Shown in pieces: positions 1-10,737 of a DNA stretch of 64,000 nt. The DNA is from Gemmatimonadota bacterium. Lineage in GTDB: Bacteria; Gemmatimonadota; Gemmatimonadetes; Gemmatimonadales; GWC2-71-9. Position 1 is the stretch's first letter; every line of letters begins with the position of its first letter. The DNA is taken from assembly GCA_039588295.1 (NCBI GenBank), contig JBDHAB010000005.1, positions 62,395 through 126,394 on the forward strand, read 5' to 3'. Below the pieces are notes generated by a model. The model was not told the origin of the DNA, did not search any database, and worked only from the letters and a program-made list of their open reading frames with translations. The position numbers and the translations under genes are program-made.

Positions 1-183
1 GAGGAACTCAGCCAGGTAGGAACCGTCCTGCCCGGTAATCCCGGTGATCAGCGCGGTTGGCATGGATCAGGCCTGTGGGGCGGCATCATGGGCCGGCCAT
101 TGGGGTTGTAGGGAGCCATCGGTGTCGTTAGTGTTCTATGCTTCATTCCCGAGTATCTTGGACCAGCACCGAACGAGTTAGCC

Positions 184-402
184 ATGGCACGTGTCTGCGA
201 TATCTGCGGCAAGGGACCGAGCTTCGGCCACAACGTCAGCCACGCCAACAACAAGACCAACCGGCGGTGGTACCCGAACCTTCAGCGGGTGCGGGCGCTC
301 GTCAACGGTGAGGTCAAGCGGATCCGCGTGTGCACGCAGTGTATCAAATCCAACCGGGTTATGAAGGCGCCACGGAGACCGTCGTCCATACCGACCCAGT
401 GA
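184..402 (+). CDS. rpmB: 50S ribosomal protein L28
   Basis: [10 protein letters not shown]...[20 protein letters not shown]...VCTQC, L28 signature. Confidence 0.97.
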   Translation: MARVCDICGKGPSFGHNVSHANNKTNRRWYPNLQRVRALVNGEVKRIRVCTQCIKSNRVMKAPRRPSSIPTQ

Positions 403-427
403 CCGTGCCGTAGCGTCGATAGACCTC

Positions 428-458
428 AAAAAAACGGGGACCAAGAGGTCCCCGTCTT
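428..458. terminator. Intrinsic terminator between convergent rpmB and rplQ
   Basis: A-tract followed by ACGGGGACC-AAGA-GGTCCCCGT hairpin. Confidence 0.8.
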
Positions 459-484
459 GCGTTCGCAGTGCTTGCGGCAGGACC

Positions 485-841
485 TCACTCACCGAGCAAT
501 TCGATCCGCGCCAGCTCGGCCCCATCGCCCGGCCGGTGTCCAATCTTGAGAATGCGGGTGTACCCACCGGGCCGGCTCGCGAAGCGCGGTCCGATCTCGC
601 CAAACAGTCGGCCAGCAACTTCGCGGTCCTTGATGTGCCGCTCGACTTGCCGGCGGGCGTGCAAGTCGCCCCTCCGAGCCAACGTGATCAGGCGCTCGGC
701 GAACGGCCGCAGTTCCTTGGCTTTGGCGTTGGTTGTCACGACACGCTCGTGACGGAATAACGACGTGGCCATGTTTCGCAACATGGCGCGCTTGTGCGCC
801 GTCGTCCGGCTCAACTGCCGGCCCTTGTTGCGATGCCGCAT
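485..841 (-). CDS. rplQ: 50S ribosomal protein L17
   Basis: MRHR...RAMLRNMATSLFRHER...RPGGYTRILK. Confidence 0.97.
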   Translation of the reverse strand: MRHRNKGRQLSRTTAHKRAMLRNMATSLFRHERVVTTNAKAKELRPFAERLITLARRGDLHARRQVERHIKDREVAGRLFGEIGPRFASRPGGYTRILKIGHRPGDGAELARIELLGE

Positions 842-846
842 GAGCC

Positions 847-1926
847 CTAGCCCTCGACCGGCTCGTCGGCAGGCATGTCCGCGGCGGCACCGGCGATGGC
901 CACAGGGGCCGTCCCTTCGCTCACCACGACCAGCTCGCCTTCCTGCTCCTCAAACGCCATTCCGAAGTTAAGCCCTTCGCGCCGCAGCATATCCGCAATC
1001 TCGCCCAGCGCCTTCTCGCCGACGTTCTTGACCTTGAGGAGGTCTTCCTCGGTGTAGCACACGAGGTCGGCGAGAGTGCTGATGCTCGAGTTCTTCAGCG
1101 AATTGATCGACCGAACCGACAGTCCGCAGTCATCAATCGCCTTCGCCAGGAGTTCGCGGAGCTGCGACCCGTCCGGACCCGGTGCCTCCGCTGGAGGCTC
1201 GCCGGGAACCAACGGCAGCTGGCCGAAGTCGATAAAGAACCGGAAGTGCTCCTGTAACAGTGCCGCCGCGTAGGCGACCGCGTCCTCGGGGGGGACCGCA
1301 CCGTTCGTTTCCACAGTCAGATTGAGGCTGTCGAAGTCGGTGCGCTGTCCCACGCGCGTCTCGTGGACCGTGAAATTCGCGCGTCGCACTGGATTGTAGA
1401 CCGCATCGATGCGCACCAGATCCACTGGGAGGGATCGGTCGGCCTCGTGCTGAGCTGCCTCGACGTAGCCGCGGCCTTTGCGCACATACAGTTCGCCCGT
1501 GACCTCGCGGTCTTCCTGTAGGGTGAAGAGCGCGTGTTCGGGATGCACGATTTCCACGGCCGCGTTGGGAACGATGTTGGCTGCCGTGACCGGCCCCGCC
1601 TTCTCCACTTTCAGCTGGAGCACGGCCTCGTTCACCTCATCCGGCATCCTCAAGGTCAACGCCTTGAGTCGCTGGATGATCTGGTGGATGTCCTCCACCA
1701 CCGCCGGCACCGTCTGGTGCTCGTGGACGACTCCCTCCAACCGGAACGCCCACACCGCCGCGCCAGGGAGAGAAGAGAGGAGCATCCGCCGCAGCGCGTT
1801 GCCCATGGTATGGCCGTACCCCCGCTCGAGTGGTTGGAGACGGAACTCGGCCGAAAACGGGATGTCTTCCCGTTTCGTCATCTCAACCACGTGCGGTCGG
1901 ACCAACCCAGAGAGATCAATCGTCAT
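847..1926 (-). CDS. rpoA: RNA polymerase subunit alpha
   Basis: PLERGYGHTMGNALRRMLLSS, RVGQRTDFD, alpha-CTD LSVRSINSLK; position in operon. Confidence 0.97.
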   Translation of the reverse strand: MTIDLSGLVRPHVVEMTKREDIPFSAEFRLQPLERGYGHTMGNALRRMLLSSLPGAAVWAFRLEGVVHEHQTVPAVVEDIHQIIQRLKALTLRMPDEVNEAVLQLKVEKAGPVTAANIVPNAAVEIVHPEHALFTLQEDREVTGELYVRKGRGYVEAAQHEADRSLPVDLVRIDAVYNPVRRANFTVHETRVGQRTDFDSLNLTVETNGAVPPEDAVAYAAALLQEHFRFFIDFGQLPLVPGEPPAEAPGPDGSQLRELLAKAIDDCGLSVRSINSLKNSSISTLADLVCYTEEDLLKVKNVGEKALGEIADMLRREGLNFGMAFEEQEGELVVVSEGTAPVAIAGAAADMPADEPVEG

Positions 1927-1928
1927 GG

Positions 1929-2564
1929 TTACTTGGAGTAGAGCTCGACAATCATTTGTTCCTGCGCGGCCAACGGAATCTGGTCGCGCGTGGGAAGCTC
2001 AAGCAGTTTGCCGACAGCCTTGTCGGCATCCACCTGAAGCCACGAAACTGGCGCAGCCCGTGACAGCGCCTCGAGTGACGCACGCACCGCCGTGAGATCA
2101 CGACTACCCACCGCAAGCCCCACCTCGTCGTTCGGACGCACCGCGAATGAGGGGACGTCGACCGCCTTCCCATTCACCTCGACGTGCCGATGTCGCACGA
2201 GCTGCCGCGCCGCGCGTCGACTCGGCGCGAACCCCATGCGATGGACGATGTTGTCCAGGCGGGTCTCGAGCAGGACCAGGAGGTTCTCGCCGGTCACGCC
2301 CGGCGTGAGGCGAACCCGGTCGAACGCCCGGCGGAACTGCCGCTCGGTGAGCCCATACGTGCGGCGAACCTTCTGCTTTTCCCTGAGCTGGCGTTGATAC
2401 TCCGAACTTCGGCGCCGCCGACCGGATGACGGACCATGCTGCCCCGGTGCGTAGGCTCGACGTTCGATGGCGCACTTCTCCGTGAGGCAGCGGCTTCCCT
2501 TGAGGAAGAGCTTGGTGCCCTCGCGGCGGCACAGCTTGCAGACCGGACCCGTATATCGTGCCAT
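1929..2564 (-). CDS. rpsD: 30S ribosomal protein S4
   Basis: MARYTGPVCKLCRREG...LETRLDN...IVELYSK. Confidence 0.97.
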   Translation of the reverse strand: MARYTGPVCKLCRREGTKLFLKGSRCLTEKCAIERRAYAPGQHGPSSGRRRRSSEYQRQLREKQKVRRTYGLTERQFRRAFDRVRLTPGVTGENLLVLLETRLDNIVHRMGFAPSRRAARQLVRHRHVEVNGKAVDVPSFAVRPNDEVGLAVGSRDLTAVRASLEALSRAAPVSWLQVDADKAVGKLLELPTRDQIPLAAQEQMIVELYSK

Positions 2565-2567
2565 GGA

Positions 2568-2960
2568 TCAGACCCGCCGCTTCTTGGGCGGCCGGCACCC
2601 ATTGTGAGGAATCGGCGTCACGTCGCGGATCGACTTGACCTCGAGGCCCGCCGAGACGAGCGCTTGAATCGCCGACTCGCGCCCCGACCCCGGGCCCTGC
2701 ACGCGTACATGCACGCGCCGCACCCCGAGATTCACGGCCTCACGGGCACAGTTCTCGGCCGCGACCGTAGCCGCAAACGACGTCGACTTCTTCGATCCCT
2801 TGAAGCCCGACTTGCCGGCGGAACCCCAGACGAGGGCGTTCCCCTGGAGATCGGTAATCGTGATCAAGGTGTTGTTGAAGGTCGCCGTGATGTGCGCGAC
2901 GCCTTCCGCCTCGACGATCTTTTTCGAGCGCTTGGACCCGGAGGGCTGTGCTTGAGCCAT
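2568..2960 (-). CDS. rpsK: 30S ribosomal protein S11
   Basis: ATFNNT...GPGSGRE...[18 protein letters not shown]. Confidence 0.97.
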   Translation of the reverse strand: MAQAQPSGSKRSKKIVEAEGVAHITATFNNTLITITDLQGNALVWGSAGKSGFKGSKKSTSFAATVAAENCAREAVNLGVRRVHVRVQGPGSGRESAIQALVSAGLEVKSIRDVTPIPHNGCRPPKKRRV

Positions 2961-3341
2961 CTACTTCTTCACCACCTTCTTCCTGCCCGCGATCGGACGT
3001 CGCGGCCCCTTTTTCGTTCGCGCGTTGGTGTGCGTCCGCTGACCGCGCACGGGCAAGCCCCGGCGGTGCCGCTGGCCGCGATAGCTGCCGATGTCCATCA
3101 GACGCTTGATGTTCATCGCGACCTCGGTGCGGAGCGCACCTTCTACCTTGACCTGGCGTTCGATTGCCTGCCGTAGGCGCGCGACCTCGGCATCGGTGAG
3201 GTCCCGAACCCGGGTGTCGGGGCTGACGGCCGTGTCGTCGAGGACCCGCCCCGCCGTCGATCGCCCGACGCCAAAGATGTAAGTGAGCGCGATCTCAACC
3301 CGCTTCTCGCGAGGCAGATCGACGCCAGCGATACGTGCCAT
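2961..3341 (-). CDS. rpsM: 30S ribosomal protein S13
   Basis: [10 protein letters not shown]...[18 protein letters not shown]. Confidence 0.97.
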   Translation of the reverse strand: MARIAGVDLPREKRVEIALTYIFGVGRSTAGRVLDDTAVSPDTRVRDLTDAEVARLRQAIERQVKVEGALRTEVAMNIKRLMDIGSYRGQRHRRGLPVRGQRTHTNARTKKGPRRPIAGRKKVVKK

Positions 3342-3344
3342 GCC

Positions 3345-3461
3345 CTAACCCTGTCGCTGTTTGTGCTTCGGGTTGCGTTTGCAAATGACCCGCGTGACAC
3401 CACGCCGTCGGACCACCTTGCAATACTCGCAGATTGGCTTGACGCTCGAACGGACTTTCAA
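3345..3461 (-). CDS. rpmJ: 50S ribosomal protein L36 (TTG start)
   Basis: [41 protein letters not shown] at 3461. Confidence 0.95.
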   Translation of the reverse strand: MKVRSSVKPICEYCKVVRRRGVTRVICKRNPKHKQRQG

Positions 3462-3535
3462 GGCCGTTCCCCCCATCAAGTAATGGAAACGAGCCTCGGA
3501 ATATAGATGGGGCTTAGTTCCGATGCAAGCAGCGG

Positions 3536-4006
3536 TTAGGGCGTGACCCGGACCTCCCGCAACCGCCACGCCCCGTCCAGGCGGCGGAACCCCAAGAACA
3601 CCCGCTCCCGCCGCTCCTCCGAGGTTCCCCGGACCACATAGGCCCGGTCCAGTTCCGCATAGGCATGGTCATCCGCCAGCCGGCGGACTCCGACCAGCGA
3701 GAACCCCCGTTCCTGGGAGGACCGGAGGTAGCGGCCGAGAATCCGGGCAGCCTGGCCCGGCTTGAGCGAAGCGGCGGTCGCCGTCCCGGGGATGTTGAGC
3801 CGCACCGTGTCGGAGGATTGCACCAGGGTCGCGACGTCGTGGCCGAGCCACGCACTCCGCGCCTGCTGGACCGCAGAGTCGAGGGGGGTCTGTGCCGCGA
3901 GCCCGGAGGCCAGCAACACGGCGAGCCCCACGACCACCGGCCCCGATCGCCGGAGGCCGCGACGCCTGTCACAAGACACCGGACACCTCACGATACCGCC
4001 TGGCAC
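3536..4006 (-). CDS. Exported hypothetical protein (start uncertain)
   Basis: Signal-peptide-like [15 protein letters not shown]; co-oriented with and overlapping the pyrF end. Confidence 0.6.
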   Translation of the reverse strand: MPGGIVRCPVSCDRRRGLRRSGPVVVGLAVLLASGLAAQTPLDSAVQQARSAWLGHDVATLVQSSDTVRLNIPGTATAASLKPGQAARILGRYLRSSQERGFSLVGVRRLADDHAYAELDRAYVVRGTSEERRERVFLGFRRLDGAWRLREVRVTP

Positions 4007-4671
4007 ATCGATTCATACACCTCACGTGGCCGTTCAGCCCTGATGATCGGCCGGCCAACCACCAGGTGGGTCGCCCCGGCAGCCACCGCAACAGCCGGCT
4101 CCGCCGATCGACGGTGGTCGTCCGCCGTGCCTCCTGCTGGACGTATACCCGGGGTGATCAGCCAATGGTCCGACCCGAGCACCTGGCGCACCGCCTCAAT
4201 TTCCCAAGGCGAGGCAACCACCCCGTGGCATCCGGCCTCAACCGCCGACCGGGCCAGGCGCGTGACTTCGTCGCGCAGCGCCCCGTGGGGCGTTCCTCGC
4301 CCCGTCGCGCTCCAGTACTCTTGGGGACCGTGAGAGGTCAGCACCGTGACGGCTGCGAGCCGCATCGTTCCGGCAGCCCGCACCGCTTCCATCATCATTC
4401 GCGAACCACCAAGGGCGTGGACCGTTGCCAGGTCGACCCCCAAACCCGCGGCCGCTCGCGCGGCCTCAGCCACGGAGTTCGGAATGTCGTGCCACTTGAG
4501 ATCGAGGAAGATCTGGACGCCTCGTTCCTTGAAGTGCCCCAGTAACGGCGCTCCCCCGCGGAGCAGCAGCATCGGGCCAATCTTGACCCACCGCATCCCG
4601 GGCACCGCGTCGGACAGCTTCAATGCCTCGTCAGGCGAGCGCACGTCCAACGCGACGATTATCTCCGCCAC
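3988..4671 (-). CDS. pyrF: Orotidine-5'-phosphate decarboxylase
   Basis: IIVALD, FLDLKWHDIPNSV, TPGIRP, VVGRPI; GTG start at 4671 overlaps the pyrD end. Confidence 0.93.
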   Translation of the reverse strand: MAEIIVALDVRSPDEALKLSDAVPGMRWVKIGPMLLLRGGAPLLGHFKERGVQIFLDLKWHDIPNSVAEAARAAAGLGVDLATVHALGGSRMMMEAVRAAGTMRLAAVTVLTSHGPQEYWSATGRGTPHGALRDEVTRLARSAVEAGCHGVVASPWEIEAVRQVLGSDHWLITPGIRPAGGTADDHRRSAEPAVAVAAGATHLVVGRPIIRAERPREVYESMCQAVS

Positions 4672-5558
4672 CGGCGCTCCCATTGCGCGACCAACCGCTC
4701 CGGCACCCGGGGATCGGCGAGCGCCGCCGTCCCGACCGCCACCAATGAGGCCCCGGCTGCCTGGTACTGCTCGACGTCCTCGATCGTGCGGATGCCACCC
4801 ACGCCGATCACCGGTCGACCGGTGCGTTCGCGCACCAGGCGCGTGGCGAGCACACCGACGGGCAGCAACGCCGGCCCGCTTACCCCACCGCGCCCATACC
4901 CGAGCCGCGGCGACCGGTCGGCGCTCCCAGCGGGCAGCCGGTACATGGTGCCGGGGACCGTGTTCACGACCGTGAAGCCGTCCGCGCCTGCATTGGCAGC
5001 AGCTTCCGCGACGCCCGCCACGTCGGACAGCGTCGGTGCCAACTTGACGAGCACCGGTCGGGAGGCCGCGTCTCGGCATCGGTGCACCAAGTCCTCCAGC
5101 ACGCCCACGTCCGCACCGAACTCCTCGCCACCCCGCGCCGTGTTCGGGCACGAGACGTTGAGCTCAAACGCCGTGATGACCTGCTCGGACGAGAGCCGCT
5201 TCACCACCGCCACATAATCCTCGATAACGGCTCCGACCACATTCACAATCACCCGAGCGCGGGACAGGTTGGCCGCCAGCCACGGAAGCTCCACCGCCGC
5301 TACCCGGTCGAGCCCGGGGTTGGCCAGTCCCACGGCGTTGAGCATTCCACCCGAGAACTCCGCCACCCGAGGAGCCGGGTGGCCGACGCGGGGCTCGGGG
5401 CTCACCGCCTTGGTGACGATGCCCCCGAGGCGGTCGAGATCGATGATCTCGCGGAGCTCTCTCCCGAAGCCGGCCGTGCCGGCGGCTAGCAGAATGGGAT
5501 TCTGAAACGTCGTCCCCAGAACCTTGATGGGTTCCGCGACCATCGGGGGGCCGGTCAC
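4659..5558 (-). CDS. pyrD: Dihydroorotate dehydrogenase family 1, catalytic subunit
   Basis: NPILLAAGT, MLNAVGLANPG, ELNVSCPN, GGVSGPA. Confidence 0.93.
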   Translation of the reverse strand: MTGPPMVAEPIKVLGTTFQNPILLAAGTAGFGRELREIIDLDRLGGIVTKAVSPEPRVGHPAPRVAEFSGGMLNAVGLANPGLDRVAAVELPWLAANLSRARVIVNVVGAVIEDYVAVVKRLSSEQVITAFELNVSCPNTARGGEEFGADVGVLEDLVHRCRDAASRPVLVKLAPTLSDVAGVAEAAANAGADGFTVVNTVPGTMYRLPAGSADRSPRLGYGRGGVSGPALLPVGVLATRLVRERTGRPVIGVGGIRTIEDVEQYQAAGASLVAVGTAALADPRVPERLVAQWERRWRR

Positions 5559-6943
5559 CGGCGTCGAATCTCCTCCTCGGCAATTGCCTCGATTGCACTG
5601 GGCATGCCGAGCAGGCCTCGCGCCCGGGCGAGCAGGACCCGCAAGGAGTCTTCGGTGGCCGCAAACTGAGATCCTGCCTCGCCCCGGAGCGCGAGCGCGT
5701 ACGGGGAAGCGGGGTAGAGTCGATCCAGCACGGCGCGGACAGAGTCTGCCTGGGACGGAACAATGAGCGCGGCGGCGAGCAGAGCCTTTGCCGCAACAGT
5801 TGACGACGGATACCGTCGTTGGAGTTCGAGGAACATCGATCTTGCCGGAACGGACGCAGCCAGCGAGTCGCGGAGCGCCTCGGCAATGACGAACATCTTG
5901 AGATCGCCGAGCGCGGGCTGAGAGTCCTGGAGCACACGGACGGCGTCTCCCAAGATTCCCGCTGCCGGTCCAGCAAGCTGGGCGGCAACCCCCCCTCGCG
6001 CACGAGCTGCACTGAGCGTATCGCTGATCCGGGCCAACGACTCGAGGTCGGTGGTCCGCTGCAGCTCTCCGATCGCGAGCAGTGCTTGGGCTGCGGCCCC
6101 CTCGACCGAATCAGGGGCCGCCACGATCGCGGCGCGGTACCGCTCCCCACCACGCCCGGTCTCCCCTTCCCGCGACCACCGCCGCCCGTCCGCCAAGAGG
6201 AGTCGACCACGCTCCCCCTGGGTGAGGTCATTCCGCGCAATCAATCGATCGACTACCTGAGCCACGGACTCCGGACTGCGCACTCCAACCGAATCCAGCG
6301 TACGGAGCCACCGATCCTCGTCGTACGGTCGCACCACCCGCGCCATGAGCACGCCAGCCGCCGCTTCCACGTCCCCAAGCGCGACGTGCGCCAGGGCCAG
6401 ATCGAACGCGGCGGCATCATGGCTCGTTCGCTCGAGATCCCGGACCGCCGCACGTGCCGCCCCCCGCTGCAACTCCGCTCGCCCGCGCCACAGCAACGCC
6501 GACGACGTGAGCTTCTCCGCGTCAGGACCCTCCAGCAGCGGTGTCAGCACCGCGACCGCCGAATCCGGCTGACGGAGCTGCACGCGACATCGTCCTAACA
6601 CCAGCCGGGCGCGCCGCTGAACGGACGGGTCGGGAGAGGAGTCGATGGCAAGTCGCAACGGGCGTTGCGCACGTGTACAGTTGTCGGTCTCCGACAGGGC
6701 ACGGCCCCACAGCAGGAGCGCGTCGTCCCGATGCCGACTTCCGGGATACCGTGTCGCGACGGACTCGGCTTTGACGGCGGCCTGGGCCCACAAGGAGCGT
6801 GCTTCCCCGGATCGACCCTCGCGCGCCGCCCGGTCGGCGCCGGCGGCGAGTCGGTTGGCATTGTATAGACCGTTGTAATAGGCGCACGCGGCCACGGCTG
6901 TCAGCACGGTCAGCCACGCCACTCGCCGGGCGGGCTGGATCAC
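5555..6943 (-). CDS. TPR-like lipoprotein
   Basis: Lipobox VAAC-AYYN; helical repeats; stop/start overlaps with neighbours. Confidence 0.7.
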   Translation of the reverse strand: MIQPARRVAWLTVLTAVAACAYYNGLYNANRLAAGADRAAREGRSGEARSLWAQAAVKAESVATRYPGSRHRDDALLLWGRALSETDNCTRAQRPLRLAIDSSPDPSVQRRARLVLGRCRVQLRQPDSAVAVLTPLLEGPDAEKLTSSALLWRGRAELQRGAARAAVRDLERTSHDAAAFDLALAHVALGDVEAAAGVLMARVVRPYDEDRWLRTLDSVGVRSPESVAQVVDRLIARNDLTQGERGRLLLADGRRWSREGETGRGGERYRAAIVAAPDSVEGAAAQALLAIGELQRTTDLESLARISDTLSAARARGGVAAQLAGPAAGILGDAVRVLQDSQPALGDLKMFVIAEALRDSLAASVPARSMFLELQRRYPSSTVAAKALLAAALIVPSQADSVRAVLDRLYPASPYALALRGEAGSQFAATEDSLRVLLARARGLLGMPSAIEAIAEEEIRRR

Positions 6944-8157
6944 GGCGATGCTCCGACCAGCACCTTCCGTTCGTACCGCTTGAGGTACTCAACGATGCCG
7001 TCGGCAATGGCCTTCGCGACCTTCCGCTGCCCGTCGCGTGACGCGAGGAACTGGCCATCCCGCCGGTTGGTGGCGAAACCGGTTTCTACGAGAATGGCCG
7101 GCCGCGTCGCAGTGGTGAGGACCGTGTAGGGCGCTTGGGCCACCCCCCGGTCCAGCCCCGGGTGCGTCGCCGCGGTCCTGGCCTGCACGAGCTGGGCGAG
7201 GAGTGCGGATTCGCGCAGGAGTTCATTGGTCTCCAGGTCCTTGAAGATGAACGAAACGTCATCTCGGAGATCGTCGTAGTTCGCCCCCTCATAGCGCAGC
7301 GCGTCGTTCTCCATCTGGGCGACGCGACGCGCCTCCGCGGTCAACGCCTCACCGAGGAAATACGTCTCGACGCCATTGATGTTCTCATACCCTCGCCGGG
7401 GCTTCAGACTGTTGACGTGAATGCTGACGAAGAGATCACACTCGTCTCGGCACATGGGGGCCCGCCGTCGCAGGCCAATGAGGACGTCCGTCGTGCGCGT
7501 CATGACGACGTCGACACCACGCCGCGTCAATTCTGCCTGCACGTCTTTGGCAACCGCCAGGTTTACGTGCTTCTCTTGCACGCCGCGCGGTAGGTACCGA
7601 CCGGGATTTCCGGGATCGCTTCCCCCGTGCCCAGCATCCACCACGACCCGGTGCGCGATCCTGAACCCATTGCGTCGGGCAAGTGCAGACGGAGCGGCGA
7701 CCGATACGGGCGGCTGCGGCACGGGCGCAGCGGGTGGCGGCGACGCGACCCCAGCGAAGCGCGCTTCTTCGAAGCGAGCCGTGACTGGATCGTAGCGGTA
7801 GCCCTCCCGAAACAGCCGCGGAACATATTCGGCGAGCCACTGCAACGGCACAAACAGCGTGTCGCGCAGCACGTAGGCGCCACCGGAAATTGGCAAGACC
7901 TTTCCCCGCTGGACGAACGCCGGGGCGCCGAGCAAGAACCGGAACGGCTCACCGGCAAACGCCACCTCCGCCCAGGCACCAAACCGCTCTTCCGTGATCG
8001 GCAGCAGGCGACTGAGTAGGGGGACCGGGAGCGCGGGGTGCCCCTCATCCCGTGCGACTGGAACGGCCGTCTCTCCGCGCGACGTGACTACCAGGACCGC
8101 GTCGGGCGACTTCACGCCCAGGAGGCTTACGATGGCGAGCGCAAGCAGTCTCGTCAT
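6940..8157 (-). CDS. N-acetylmuramoyl-L-alanine amidase (Amidase_3)
   Basis: [38 protein letters not shown] overlaps the smpB stop. Confidence 0.9.
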   Translation of the reverse strand: MTRLLALAIVSLLGVKSPDAVLVVTSRGETAVPVARDEGHPALPVPLLSRLLPITEERFGAWAEVAFAGEPFRFLLGAPAFVQRGKVLPISGGAYVLRDTLFVPLQWLAEYVPRLFREGYRYDPVTARFEEARFAGVASPPPAAPVPQPPVSVAAPSALARRNGFRIAHRVVVDAGHGGSDPGNPGRYLPRGVQEKHVNLAVAKDVQAELTRRGVDVVMTRTTDVLIGLRRRAPMCRDECDLFVSIHVNSLKPRRGYENINGVETYFLGEALTAEARRVAQMENDALRYEGANYDDLRDDVSFIFKDLETNELLRESALLAQLVQARTAATHPGLDRGVAQAPYTVLTTATRPAILVETGFATNRRDGQFLASRDGQRKVAKAIADGIVEYLKRYERKVLVGASP

Positions 8158-8633
8158 CGTCGCCGCCCTCGAGCTCGTGCGGCATCCCGCTCCTCGGCGC
8201 GTCGCTTCAGGTCTTCCCGCTTGTCGTAGAGCTTCTTCCCCTGCGCGAGCGCGAGGGACACCTTGGCCCACCCGTCGGCAAGATGGAGGTCGAGCGGTAC
8301 CAGGGTCAGTCCTTTGCGTTCGACGGATCCAATCAACCGCCGGAGCTCGTGGCGTCGCAGGAGCAGCTTGCGCGGCCGCATCGGATCGTGATTGCTATAC
8401 CCTCCCGACTCATACGGAGAGATGTGCATTCCCTCCAACCAGACCTCCCCACGTCGGACGACGCCGAACGCCCCCTTGAGATTCACCTTTCCGGCGCGGA
8501 TCGACTTGATCTCACTGCCAGTCAGCACGAGCCCAGCCTCCCACGTCTCAAGGATGTGGTAATCATGCCGCGCCTTGCGATTCCGGGCGACGACTGGGCC
8601 AGAATTGGGCTTCGGCCGGGTAGCTGGCGACAC
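8154..8633 (-). CDS. smpB: SsrA-binding protein
   Basis: NRKARHDY...[15 protein letters not shown]...GKKLYDKRE. Confidence 0.96.
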   Translation of the reverse strand: MSPATRPKPNSGPVVARNRKARHDYHILETWEAGLVLTGSEIKSIRAGKVNLKGAFGVVRRGEVWLEGMHISPYESGGYSNHDPMRPRKLLLRRHELRRLIGSVERKGLTLVPLDLHLADGWAKVSLALAQGKKLYDKREDLKRRAEERDAARARGRRR

Positions 8634-8644
8634 TAGCTAAGTCC

Positions 8645-8712
8645 AAGATAGAAAACCGCTTCCGGGTGGTCAAGCGGGCGTGTTGACCCCCGTACTGACC
8701 GCTGTCTATATT
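8645..8712. promoter_or_regulatory. Divergent sigma70-like promoters for smpB (-) and tRNA-Leu (+)
   Basis: Minus strand TTGACC-17-TATCTT (8673-8645); plus strand TTGACC-18-TATATT (8683-8712). Confidence 0.6.
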
Positions 8713-8736
8713 CCGTCCCGCTGACCGATGTTCCGC

Positions 8737-8820
8737 GCCGAAGTGGTGGAACTGGTAGACGCGCTGCGTTCAGGGCGCAGTGGGCGCAAGCCCGTGTGGG
8801 TTCGAATCCCACCTTCGGCA
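8737..8820 (+). tRNA. tRNA-Leu (anticodon CAG)
   Basis: GCCGAAG/CTTCGGC acceptor stem, CTGCG-TT-CAG-GG-CGCAG anticodon arm, long variable arm, GTTCGAATC T-loop. Confidence 0.95.
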
Positions 8821-8898
8821 CTCCAGAACCGAACGCCCAGCCGGAAGCGAACCGTGCCACCCGCGCAGGCTGGGCGCGGTCGCTTCCGCCCCTGTACC

Positions 8899-10041
8899 TC
8901 AGTAGCGCGCCATCTCCGGCTCGATTTCGTCGGCCCAGGCAGCGATCCCTCCTCGGAGGCTACGCGCCCGACTGAACCCTGCCGACCGCAGCAGCTCCGC
9001 CGCCCGCAGCGAGCGAACGCCGTGATGGCACACGGCCACGATGTCACCGTCCCCCGGAAGCTCCCGCAACCGGGCGGGCAGCATGCCAAGCGGGATCAGC
9101 AACGAATCATGGATGTGGCAGATGCGCCACTCAAACGGCTCGCGGACGTCTACCATGACCAGGTTGGAGTTCTCGGCCTTGAGCCGGACTAATTCCCGGG
9201 CCGTGAGCTCAACGTCCGCAGCGGTGGGCACGGCTCCCACACCGCAGAACGCATCGTAGTCGATGAGCTGACGGACCGTTGGACGGTCCCCGCATACTGG
9301 GCACATGGGATCACGTTTGAGCGAGAGTTCCCGGAACTCGAGCTTGAGCGCGTTGAACAGGAGCAACCGTCCGGCGAGCGTGTCTCCTCGGCCGAGCACC
9401 AACTTGATTGCCTCCAGGGCCTGGATGCTCCCGATCACTCCGGGGAGCACACCGAGCACTCCCGCCTCGGCACAGGAGGGCACCAGACCGGGCGGGGGCG
9501 GATCTCGAAACAGACATCGGTAGCAGGGCTTACCCGGCGTCGCGAACACCGATGCCTGGCCATCGAAGCGGAAGATGGCACCATACACATAAGGCCTTCC
9601 CAACAGGACGCAGGCGTCGTTGACCAGGTACCGTGTCGGGAAGTTGTCGCTGCCATCGACCGCGATGTCGAACTCCTGCAGAATGTCGAGCGCGTTGGCT
9701 GACGTGAGGCGCGTTTCGAAGCCGCGCACCGTGACGTGTGGGTTGAGATCCTGGATGCGCTGAGCCGCGGATTCGAGCTTGGACGTCCCGATGGCGGATG
9801 TCCCGTGCAGGACCTGCCGCTGCAAATTGGTCTCGTCGACGAGGTCAAAATCGACGATGCCGATGGTGCCCACTCCCGCGGCGGCGAGGTACAGGGCCGC
9901 CGGTGAGCCCAGACCGCCTGCGCCGACGACCAGTACCCGTGCCGCCTTGAGCGCCTGCTGGCCCTCCATGCCGACTTCCGGCAAGATGAGGTGCCGGGAA
10001 TACCGCAGCAGCTCCGGGTGACTCAGTGACGGTTCCGTCAT
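8899..10041 (-). CDS. moeB: ThiF/MoeB adenylyltransferase with C-terminal rhodanese (MoeZ-type)
   Basis: RYSRHLIL, GAGGLG, TNLQRQ, CYRC/CPVC zinc motifs, rhodanese CHHGVRS. Confidence 0.9.
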   Translation of the reverse strand: MTEPSLSHPELLRYSRHLILPEVGMEGQQALKAARVLVVGAGGLGSPAALYLAAAGVGTIGIVDFDLVDETNLQRQVLHGTSAIGTSKLESAAQRIQDLNPHVTVRGFETRLTSANALDILQEFDIAVDGSDNFPTRYLVNDACVLLGRPYVYGAIFRFDGQASVFATPGKPCYRCLFRDPPPPGLVPSCAEAGVLGVLPGVIGSIQALEAIKLVLGRGDTLAGRLLLFNALKLEFRELSLKRDPMCPVCGDRPTVRQLIDYDAFCGVGAVPTAADVELTARELVRLKAENSNLVMVDVREPFEWRICHIHDSLLIPLGMLPARLRELPGDGDIVAVCHHGVRSLRAAELLRSAGFSRARSLRGGIAAWADEIEPEMARY

Positions 10042-10145
10042 TCGATTGGCGAACGGCAGGTGCCGCGTGGCGGTCGCCTGCAACCATGCCTCCGGGTGAT
10101 GACTGGAAACTCGTGGGGGCCGGTTCGGGAAGGAAGTGCGGTTTG

Positions 10146-10170
10146 AATCCCGAGAGTACTACTCGGATTT
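10146..10170. promoter_or_regulatory. Putative Rrf2/IscR-type operator upstream of moeB
   Basis: Imperfect palindrome AATCCCGAGAGTACTACTCGGATTT next to the Rrf2 gene. Confidence 0.5.
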
Positions 10171-10219
10171 GTAGGGCCACACGCGCGTCGCCCCACCCCA
10201 CCCTGCTCACCGCGCTGGC

Positions 10220-10660
10220 TCAGCTGCCTACGAGATGCTCGACTTCCGCTTCCGCGTGCAGCAAATCAGCGAGCGAGACGCTCGATAACATGTCGTCGAT
10301 CCGGCGTTGCAGCTCACGCCACACGGGTCGGATGCTGCATTCCCCGTCGGGGGCGCAGCGCGCCACGTTGACCCGGTGCGCATCACAGTACACTTCGAAC
10401 GTCCGGTTCTCTGCCGCTTCCATCACGTCCTTCACGGTGACGGTCGCGGGATCGCGAGCGAGGAAATAGCCGCCCTTCGCACCCCGCACGCTCGTGACGA
10501 GACCCGCGCGCCGAAGCTTCAACAGGATCTGCTCCACATAGTCGGCAGGGAGACCTTCCCGCTCCGCCAGATCCCGCGCTGGCGTGGGGGCATCACCCTC
10601 CTGCTTGGCTAGGTGGATCGACACGATCAAGCCATACTCCGCCCAAGTTGTTACTCGCAT
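10220..10660 (-). CDS. Rrf2 family transcriptional regulator (IscR-like, 3 Cys)
   Basis: YVEQILLKLRRAGLVTSVRGAKGGYFLAR; three Cys in the C-terminal half. Confidence 0.9.
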   Translation of the reverse strand: MRVTTWAEYGLIVSIHLAKQEGDAPTPARDLAEREGLPADYVEQILLKLRRAGLVTSVRGAKGGYFLARDPATVTVKDVMEAAENRTFEVYCDAHRVNVARCAPDGECSIRPVWRELQRRIDDMLSSVSLADLLHAEAEVEHLVGS

Positions 10661-10737
10661 GGCTGCCTCCCACTTCCAATATCCGACGCTGGCTCTCGGA
10701 AAGCAAGACGCCGCGGCCGTCCTGGCCCGAAGCCGCC

